Assembly: GCF_041956535.1 (NCBI RefSeq) | Contig: NW_027192209.1 | Location: 74,092 to 138,091, forward strand | Direction: 5' to 3' | DNA from: Calcarisporiella thermophila CBS 279.70 | Taxonomy: Eukaryota > Fungi > Calcarisporiellomycota | DNA length: 64,000 nt | The notes under the pieces: model-generated | The model's input: the letters and a program-made list of their open reading frames with translations, nothing else | Databases searched by the model: none | What the model was told of the DNA's origin: nothing | Shown here: positions 50,421-64,000 of the stretch, piece by piece | Layout: every line of letters begins with the position of its first letter | Position numbering within the stretch: the first letter of the stretch is position 1 | Made by a program: the position numbers and the translations under genes

Positions 50421-51837
50421 TTGTTGTTGCTGTTCCATAAACATACGTGCCATTTGTAATTGTTGTAAGAGCGAGCCAAAGGGATTTGCAGACGGGTCGG
50501 TGGCTGTCGTATTGGCTGATGTTGATGTCGTGGAAGTGGTATTAGAATTTTGATTTGGGGATGATGAAGATATCGTCGAGGGGGAAGTAGCTACAGGTCT
50601 TGTGGTCTCCGAGGGAGGGGTAGGTTGAGGTTGCACAGAAGGAAACAGGCCCAAGGAGCTCTACATATTAATAAAGAGGTCGCATACAAAACAGTAAAGC
50701 TTTGCATTAGTTATCTCATTCAATGGGTACACCTGTATTTCCATAGATCTCATACCCATGGATTCATCTGAGGACTAAAGCCACCAAAAGCAGATCCCCA
50801 TGGATTTGAGGCTGCCGCATTCCCAGCCGCACCAGGAGCCATACCACCCGCTGCCGGTCCCGGCGACGGGTTAGGACGTGCCCAAGGATTTGGTAATGGC
50901 TGTGTATTAATTTGTCCCTGGGGAGCTGGGGCGACGTTTAACATTTGCGCAAATCGCTGATTTAATTCCTCGGTCGACGTGTCCTCGTGCGTTTCCTCGC
51001 CTGGCTCCTGTAGACTACGGTACATGCGCTGCAAATAATTAAAGCCGCCTGGTATGGTCTCCAGATTAGAAAGGGCACGATCGTGGTTTCGCATCATTTC
51101 CCGCATCAGCTCTGGGTTACGGGCGATCTGTGCGGTCTGGCGAAGAAAGCCCGGGTCGTTGATCATGTGTCCGATCTCGGGATTACGCTCTACCATATTC
51201 CGAATTTGTGGATTAGACAGCATAATGGATCGCATAATTTCGGGGTTTGAGAGGAGTTGCTAATCAAGGAATGAAGGCGCTAAATCAAGGAATATATGGA
51301 ATTCATTTAGTATCCGTGATCATAGGTACCTGCATCATGGGTGACTCCATCATTCGCGAAATAGCCTCAGTGCCCATGGAACCATCTCCACCTAATCCCA
51401 AACCGCCCAATCCCCCTAACCCGTCCATCCCTCCAATGCCTAGACCATTAAATGTAGGATTGGCTTGCCGTGCCGAGGATGGCTCTGCTGGTCGTTCCGC
51501 AGCCTGCTCCTGTGCACGATTTGCCGCCGATTTCACGAGGTGCAGTGTGTGTCCACTTTGAATTCCTGCAAGTCCAGTAGGTCAACATCCCACGAACAAA
51601 GGGGAGGATTGAAGAGATCGGGCACATACCTTCATAATCTGCTACGATATCCTCATCTTTCATGACTCTCCCAGAGTATACAAGCCGAATTTCACTGACC
51701 GCATACTTGACACGATCTGCTAGTTGCCGCTTAAGATCCTGCACGCTGCATGTGGGATCAACGCTAAAATCAAATGGCTCTCCGGAGGATGGTCGTATAC
51801 GGAGAGTGATGGGCGGTAGCTGTTGATCATCCGACAT
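50085..51837 (-). CDS. DSK2: Ubiquilin/Dsk2 (UBL-STI1-UBA proteasome shuttle)
   Basis: [14 protein letters not shown]...GHTLHLVKS, then [26 protein letters not shown], and [21 protein letters not shown]...AVEWLL. Confidence 0.95.
50381..50433 (-). repeat. CAG/CAA trinucleotide tract encoding polyQ in Dsk2
   Basis: (TGC/TGT)n run on the + strand; poly-Gln in the translation. Confidence 0.9.
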
Positions 51838-52264
51838 CTTGACTGAGATTGCTAAGTAGCCACTGATTATCAATCGGATTGCGAAAAAGGGGTAATAAGG
51901 GAGGGTTGCTATTATATATATATTATATTATATATTTGCCCATCTGGATTAAGGTTGACGTCATTTTCATTTTATTATTCTGAGAAATGATATATCCTAA
52001 GAACGAAAGCGGAATAATGACCGAAAAACGATAGTCAAGCGCAGCAAAATGGTTATATACAACACACAGAGGATATAGAGTACATATGCTAAGGAGATAA
52101 TAAAAATGCAGACGGATATATGTATATAAATGTATATATGTGTGTATATAAAAAGAGAGGGTAAAGAAAATCTCATATGCAGCACAGAAATAAAACAGAA
52201 ACATGACAAGGATTGGGAGTACAGGTTTTCAGGTCCTAGATATATATATATATGCCTTTTTTTT

Positions 52265-56294
<4,030 letters not shown>

Positions 56295-58682
56295 TTAGCG
56301 CAAATGAAAAAAAAAAAAAAATGGATGGAAGGTAGAGATTAGTTGGAGAGAACAGCAGGAGGAGCCAGGGGCTCTCGAGAATTCAGCATTAGGAACCTTA
56401 AACCAATGGTCTAGCCCAGCAAAACAGAACAGAGAGAAGAGTGGCGAGCGAGGAAAGGCCGAGAGCAAGGAGAAGAAGGGGGCTAAAGGAAGCCGAAACT
56501 GGCTTTAAAAATATACCAAAAAGTAGTTTGAGCCGTTTTTATTTTATGGCAATGTGCACGGATAGACAAGTTGCACAGATCGCAGCTCGCAATGCCTAGT
56601 TGATGCCTACCAGCCATTACGCGGTGTGCTTGTCAGAGTTTTTGTTTGTGCCATAAACAAACTGGAGTTCGAATCTGCATGCGGCCACTCCTATTTGCGG
56701 GTTGGTTCCCATTGTTTTCCTGTTTGTTTTCCTTTGCTTAATTGTTTTCTTTTGGAAGTACTTCCCCAGACCGAAGCAATGCTGATATCTTTTATCCCCT
56801 CTGGCTTTCGTTTCCCGGTCAGAGAGCCTAAAAAAAAGCCTCTTACACTGGAGCTTGGGTGCGGGAAAAAAAAACGAAAACTAGTAGGAACAAGAAAAGA
56901 GGAAAACTTGTTGCTGACTCGTTTCCATGGCTTAGCGTCCGGAGAAACATCAACTCATTTCCAGAAAAGGCGGTGATTATTTCGTGACTCGCTGGGGCTC
57001 TTTGGATGCGAGTCTGCACCTCGCTCCAGCTGGGTGCTTCAAGGCCGCCAGCAGGAAGCAACACGCTCTCTCTGCACCGGTTCAGGGCGTGCGCGATTCA
57101 GCACTCGGTGCCCTCGCACCTTTGTAATATCCAAGTGGGCTGTGTAGCTTTCTGGCAGGGAGCACAAGAGCGCTCGGGCGCTCGAATCGAAAGATTTGGC
57201 CGAGTCCCTTTGCCTCGGAACTGAGAGCCAAAGGGTCGAGATGGGCCGGTGCTGGATTGGCACGGGGGGCAGAGAGGTTCCCATGGTAATAAGCGCGTGT
57301 TATCGGAAGCTCGACTAAGTTTGGCTGCTCTTGCTAATCATTGCTACCGGCCGCGCTTTTGATCTCGCCGCTTTTTCCCTGCCCCGCTTGCCAAAACAAA
57401 AGAAGGTTCAAGCTAGATGCGCGCGTTCAAACATGGGATGACTGGGCGGCGACCCAATTTCCTCCCTAAATCTCGCCATTTTTTCACACATATCCGAGCG
57501 AAAATCCGGGCCCAAAAACCCTAAAATGCTCCTCGGCTCTCCATCTCCCCAACTCGGGCCGCGCATGCCTTGGGAAATTCGAGGGCATCCTCCTGTCGGC
57601 TGAAACGGGGCTGGCAGTGCTGGAAAAGGTTCGTGTCTGCACGCTCTGATCCCCTTGCGCGGGCGCTTTTGCTTGCTGCTGGACATATGCTTCCGAACTC
57701 GGGTCTTCGTTTTCCTTCTGAGGGCCCCCTACGTCCCATTTGAAATCCCATCTCCGGCGGAAGCCCGTGGACAACGGAAATAACCCAACCTAGCATAGGC
57801 AATCCGAACAACCTTCTCGTACGTACAGAGAGACATCCCGGGGGACTCGAGCAAAGCTAAAGCGTATTCACTACAACCCATCCAACCTCTCAGCGAGGCT
57901 TGTGCCGTTGGGCTGAGCACCTTGTTGCTCTGTTAAGCGGAGCTCGACCAGAGTTCCTACTTTCTCTAGATCCTCATCCGGCTCCCATGCTATGTTGCTT
58001 GGAGCCCTTCTTCTCGGATTGACTATAAGCACTGCGACGTTCTCACTAGCCAAGCCTGGTCTTATCTCTTCCGCCCCTCCTCTCTCTTCCCCTATCGCCT
58101 CCTCATCCCCTCCTCCCAGAGAAGCCCGTCAAGCGGCATATGAATAACAGAGTTAAACGCAGCCATTGCGTGTCCCCATTATTACCCTCGGGGGGGCTAT
58201 CTTATCGTAAACCTGTCTATCTTTCAAATACGATTCTGACGCAGCTATTCCCGATTTCCCATCTTCTCCACCCACAATTCCGCCGTTGACGCATTTCGAG
58301 GAGAGCACGTGGAACTTCCCAGGTCCCGTCGAATCGACCCGCAGTTTACTTCCAAAAGTTGGCTATTGAAGTGAGAGATTGTTCTGCGCTTTCTGCATTA
58401 AATAACACAATATGCATTTTAACACAATATCATTTTACATTTTTACACATAAAAAAGTCGAAGGAAAAATAAAAAAAAAAAACAGATAAAAAAGTAAGAA
58501 AGAGTATTGGAAAAAAAGGTCATCGATATAAATCCCTTGGATTTTCATTCAAGAAATAGGAAAAAAAAAAAGAAAATTATATAAAGAAAAGAAGAAAATA
58601 AGAATAAAGCAAGGCAAAGAGAAATCCGATTGCAAAAACCAGTAGCGTAGACAGAAAGAGGGTGAGGAAAAAAAAAAAGCAG

Positions 58683-59919
58683 TCAACGGCCGCTCCATCC
58701 CTTGGACTCTTCTTCCAACCGGCTCAAGCGCCGTACCACTATTTCATACGTGAGAATGGTGAGTGCACTGGCCGGCACGGTGCGCACCAGATTCGTCCCC
58801 AAGCCCTTGTAAAATGCCAGACCTCCCTCCTCCGCCAGGATCACTTGCACCCCGTGGATGATGCCCCGGTATTTGGGCGGCACTTGGGTCTGATTTTGGA
58901 GCCGAGTGCGAAGCACCTCGTGGGGATACGTGGCAATGCTGGCGGCCATTTTCGAGAGGGATGAGGCAGTCAGAATGTGAAAGGTGCTTGGGCCCTCCTC
59001 CTCCGTCGTCATCCATTGTTTCAAGCGTTCGTAGAGGGGAAACTGAATGACCACATGGCTGACCCCCAAGAGAGAAGGCCCAAGGCCCTTGTAGAATCCA
59101 CGGATGCCTTCGTGGCGGAAGATGGTGGCAAAAGCGTGGATCGTGCTCCGGTATTGATAGGCTGTGCGCTCATTCTGGGTCTATCCAAAAAGAAACAAAA
59201 ACACACCAGAGAAGTGAGTGTCAAGAGTACGCCAAAGGAGATACTGAATATGAAAACAGAGCACACAAAATGAGGGGTCAACGGCCCATAAATGGCCACC
59301 AGCACGCACCATAAGCCGTGTCCGAATTACCCAGAGTGGGCTCGTGAGGGTGGTACTTGTGGCCCCCGCAATCATGGCCGCAAGGATGTGGATGAACGTG
59401 CCGCGCTCCGCATCGGAAGAGAGCTGGCTCTTGCACAAGTCGTACGCGGTGAAATACACGGACCAGGTGGGGAGATACCCAAGCATGGTCGGCCCCAGGC
59501 CGCGATAGAGGCCGCGGATGCCTTCCTCTTGCCAGATTCTCGTGAGAGTGCCTAGAGGAGGAAGAGAGAGAGCAGGGAGGCATTAGACGCCAATGGGAGG
59601 GGTGAAAGAGGCAAGTTTAGGGTCATGCGCCTTACTCGCTGTGCCTCTGTAGTGCTTCGCCCCCGGCATAGGCACACCTTGATTCTGCAGCCGCGTTTTA
59701 ACGACATCCAGCGGGCATGTGACAATACACGAAATGAACCCTGCGCAGCCACCGGCGATGGTATGTTTGAGGTTGTCGTTTCGTTCACTACAAGAAGCAT
59801 TCAGCCCATCAGTGGAAAGAAGGCAAAAAGCTAAGCGGTGCGCAGCCGGCCGGAAATCGGGGCGATCTGCGCGCACTGGCCACTTACCTGAAAGCAATGT
59901 ACCACTCGCGCAAGACCAT
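58683..59919 (-). CDS. Mitochondrial carrier, NAD+ transporter-like (Ndt1/Ndt2 clade)
   Basis: Three carrier signatures (PLDVVKTRLQ, PLWVIRTRLM, PHEVLRTRLQ), plus GYLPTWSVYF and HVVIQFPLYE. Short first exon gives MVLREWYIAF|SERNDN. Confidence 0.88.
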
Positions 59920-60914
59920 CGCTGGATGTGAAAGTAGAGGGGAGCGAGGGGAGTGATTGCGATCGAATACTTAAAAAAAGAATGAGGTGGCAATGGATCC
60001 TCTACCAAGAGTGGTGTTGAATTGGAATGGCGTCTCTCAATTGGAAACAAATATTGATGTGCGATCGCCGGCTCCCCTCGCACGGGCGATCGTGTTGAAG
60101 ATGGAAATAGGGAGTCAAAGGCGTCGCTGTTCACGTTGGTAAAAATTAAATCCAAGAATCCAACCGGCCACGGAAGATGCTAATTTAGGAGAGGAGGGGG
60201 AGGGGAGGGTGAGGACAGGGAGAGGGAAGGGATCACAATGGATGGAAGATATTTCGTTTGCTCTCTGCTTTGGTAAAGAGATGTGTTGATGAGCAGGGGA
60301 ATATGATAATGTGTATAAATAAGAGGTAGAGTTGATCTTGAAAGGGAAAGTTAACGCGAAAAAAAATTTTCTATAAGATCTCGGGGCGCAGATGATCAAT
60401 CTAGCCTGGAACTTCCCTATTTTTCGGGTAGAGTGGCAGAGGGATAACCGTCTCGTCTCATAGAATAAAAATATCCACGGCTCCGAAAGAGCCTGTCAAA
60501 AGATGAGCGCCCTTTGCTCCTTTCTTATCTAGGCTAGCATGGCATCGAGAATATGGACTCCAAAAGAGGAACAAGGAAGCCATCTCCCCTCTATCCTTTG
60601 CCACTATTAACACGAACCACCAAGTTTATAACAAAATATATAGGCCGGATAAAAAAAAAAGGATCACCACGACACACTAAAAAAGAAAAGCGAATTGAGG
60701 AGAATAATAAAGGGTAATAGAATCAGACTACAGTATATATTATTAAAAAGAAAATAGAAAAAAAAAATCTCCAAAGGAATAAAGGAAAATACATATATAA
60801 AGTAAGAAAAGGGAAGGGGGGAAAAAAGGTGGCCTCTGTTATTTTTTTTTTGGTTTGTAAAAAAACTATATAACACTCTAAAGATTTGAAATAACCCAAG
60901 GTCGAAACAAGAAC

Positions 60915-63900
60915 TTAGATGGATTGCTGGTCCTCCTTGTCGCCGTCACTAGCCACCACCGATCCAGCAGCGGTCTCCTCATCCAGGGGCCCGAGTACGT
61001 GGCCGCTCTCGGCAAGCAGTTTCTCCACCTTGGCAATCAAGTGCTTACCATAGGTGAACTTTTTAAGCGAAGGCAGATGAGGCCGAATATGGGTGACCAG
61101 CATGTCGCGCTGCTCCACCGTGGCAATGTCGAGCATCTTTTGCACCACATAGTTGGCATACTGATCCTTCATCATGGACACCAGGGGGATGATTCTAGAG
61201 CAAACGAAAGGTGAGCAAATGGTCACGGGAAGTGCGAATGAGGGCAGGCAGCCTTACCCATCCTCCTTTGTTTCCGTCACATCCGCAAAGAGCGCGTGGC
61301 GTTCCTCGGGCGAGCAGTTCGCGATACACTTCTCAACCACATTGCTCGCGAACTTATGCTTGCTCAGTGGCAGGATTTGACTCATGATCTTACCGATCAT
61401 CATCTGCTTGTCCACTGGCTTGCCACGCTCCAGCACGTGCTGGACCACATAGTTACCATACTGATCGGTAAGCAGGGTTTGGGTATAGCGATGCAGCTCT
61501 TCAAGCAACGGTCTCTGGATCATAGATTCAAATGGAAGAAAACCATGCGAAAAGATGAGTCGTGCAGAATGATGACTACCACCAGGAAAGATTAGCTTAC
61601 CGTCTGCTCCTCTCGGCAGTGCTCGAACACCCGCTGGATCACGCGGCATCCATAGGGATGCGTCGCAAGGTGATACACTTGACCATGAAAAGCCCCAACG
61701 ATAAACTGCACATGCTCGGCCGGCACACGCTCGATAGCCTTCTGGATAACATGGTTCCCGTTCTGGTCCTTGATACACCGCAGGACGTGTCCGTCGAGTT
61801 CACGTACAAGTGCAGCCTGCTGTTGGTCCAGGACATGCTCAAGAGCCTTCTGCACGACCCGGCATCCGTACATTTGCAGCGCTAGTGACAGCACATGACC
61901 CTCCATTTGCCGAGCAAGGATGCTCTTTTGGCGCTGACTACCGTGCTCGAAAAACTTTTGAATTACATAATTACCAAACACATCTGTCATGAGCTGTAGT
62001 GCGTTCGGGAGAATCTCGTCGAAAACAAGCTGCTTCTCTTCCGAGTTTGCCGTCTCGAGCTTCTGCTGGATGAAGCGGGAGCCATGCTGATCACCACTAA
62101 ACTCAACCACGCACCCGAGGATATCCTAGAGGTTAAGGGAAATTCGGATAGGGTCAATCATACGGGATTTGCTTTCTCTCTCGGCTTGTTTTGTTCAGCC
62201 TGAAAAATATTTACCCTGAGCTCGTACTTCTTATTCTTGCTATTTCTAAATTCCTCCAACAATGGGCTGCGCATTCCATGGCCAGAATCGGCGACCAGGT
62301 CGTGTGGCAGACGGCGTCCAGCAGCGGCAGCCGCTACGGCCGCTGCTGCAGCGGGTAAATCCAGTGTCGACAGACCACTGAAATAATCCTGGGGAGGCTG
62401 CTGAAGTCCTGGAACATGGGGTGCGTTGGAAATAGCATTGAGGCCTGGGTGGGGAGAGAGCATTTGTTCGCGAAGCAGAAGCTGCTGGCGTGCAAGAATT
62501 TGCTGCTGTTGTTGCAGCAAAAGTTGCTGGGTTTGAAGGCGAAGCTTTTTCTCAGCAAGGGCAGCCCGGCTGGCCATAAGGGAACTAGCAGCGCCGAGCG
62601 GGTAGACTTTACCGGCTGCTGCGGCCGCAGCAGCAGCCGAATTTTGCTCTAATAGGAGGCGCTGCTGTTCCGCAACAGCGGCAGCCATTGTGCGATAAGC
62701 ATCTGTGCCCATCATGGGGAGTCCACCCGGGCTGAGTGCATACCGACTGCCACCGGGAGTAGTGGGGGGTAGATTTGGATAAGGGGTTGGAACGGTGCCT
62801 CCAGGAGTAACTAACCCTGCCCTAGTCCCCTCATCCCATATACCTAGGCCATCTGAAGATGCGTTGAAAAAAGAAAGACTTGATTAGTTCCCCAATATTC
62901 ACGGAAAAGCATTTCAGCGCAAAGAAATAGGTACCAAACTGTCCACCGGCGGTAGTGGCAGAGCCCATACCTCCTCGAGTGTCGTTTAGCAACGCAGATT
63001 GCATGGTCTGAATTTTCAGGGCCTGTTGCTGCATTTGCTGCGACTGCTGGTGCTGGATCAATCTGGCGCGGTGCAAGGCCTCAAGTTCATCGCGCTCATT
63101 CATGCTGAGTCCTGTAATGCCCATCCCCCGCATTCCTGCAATCAGCTCATCCTGCGAGAGAGGTAGCCCCCCGGCAATATCGTTTGCCAGATCAATGGGG
63201 CTCCGCCCGTTGGTTTGCACAGGAGGGGTCGAATTGGCCCTCGGAGGCTGAGACATGGATGCGAGGCGTGGATTCGCAAACGTGGGGGAGCGGTCGCTAG
63301 ATAGAGAGCTAGCGGCCAACGAATCCCGCTCGCTAGCCTCGAGAGCGCCACTAAGCATCGACCGAATATGTGCATCTTCATCGGATGGGTTTGTCACGAC
63401 CGAGGCGCGATGACGATGCTGCTGCTGTTGTGCTAGTTGACCCTGCTGCTGCGCTTGACCCTGCTGCTGTTGCTGTTGCCCCTGTTGTTGCAGCTGCATT
63501 TGCTGCGCGAAAAGCGGAGAGGGTGTGCGTGGGAAATCTTCCTGGATCAAATCCACCAAATTTCGCCTCCGATTCAGAGTGGACTCGGACGACTGCTTCC
63601 AACCTCCGGCCGGCTGAGAGGGAGTAGCCCCTGGAATCGAAGTCGATGTCTGGCTGAAAGCGTTCTCAAACGTGTTAACCTCCTCCAGCCCATCGCCCGA
63701 CCCCGTATACACAGCTGAAGCGGTCTTCGGCATATGTTCCAGAGTGCGCAATTTATCGACGGTAAGCCGGGAGCGTCCCCCGGCGCTTGCCGGATCGTGC
63801 AATGAGTTGACACGGTGCACAGACACTCCTCCGAGGCCACCACTTGCATTTCCAACTCCCCACAGAGGTTGCCAGGCGGGAGATAGCGCGTCCATCCCCT

Positions 63901-63988
63901 GCAATTGCTTCGGCGGGAGACCTGATGTGCTGCTAGGCAATTCCTCGGAAACGGAGGGGGTGTGAGCGCTATGCCAAGATGCGTCCAT
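60915..63988 (-). CDS. Pumilio/PUF RNA-binding protein (Puf3/Pum-like); 5' end may extend beyond the window
   Basis: [95 protein letters not shown]. The N-terminus has the [13 protein letters not shown] motif. Confidence 0.95.
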
Positions 63989-64000
63989 GCCAGAGGAAAG

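Noticed and set aside
51923-52260. Hydrophobic ORFs in AT-rich intergenic/UTR tracts (also ~20123, 36710, 48878, 60664)
   Set aside because: They are translations of poly-A/T and (TA)n low-complexity sequence.
57484-58053. Short minus-strand ORFs upstream of the RasGEF
   Set aside because: Mostly non-ATG starts, no recognisable domains, and no consistent splice path into the GEF frame.

Overview
Gene-dense, intron-rich eukaryotic DNA with short GT-AG introns, most likely from an early-diverging fungus (Mucoromycota-like; inferred from gene content and structure). I can support 23 protein-coding genes after manual splicing: Hos3-type HDAC, tandem-CCCH (TTP/Cth) protein, a 67-aa PIGBOS1-like microprotein absent from the ORF track, MON2, STI1, NAP1, an APC amino-acid permease, a tetraspanin, transketolase, a YML020W-like hydrolase, a prokaryote-style M1 aminopeptidase, an MCP1/DUF1691-like protein, COX5, an R3H-SUZ protein, eIF4A, Hsp20, a YANK/STK32 kinase, NOT1, EAF6, DSK2, an SH3-RasGEF, an NDT1-like mitochondrial carrier and Pumilio. 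I found no transposon, rRNA, tRNA or CRISPR. The best leads are the hidden microprotein, a structured GC-rich intergenic segment (17.2-17.7 kb) with telomere-template-like motifs and an H/ACA-like 3' end (speculative), three proteins ending in PTS1-type tripeptides, the prokaryote-type aminopeptidase with a GAMEC motif, and co-location of NOT1 with two of its known adaptor families. Family assignments rest on motif recognition only, since no searches were run.
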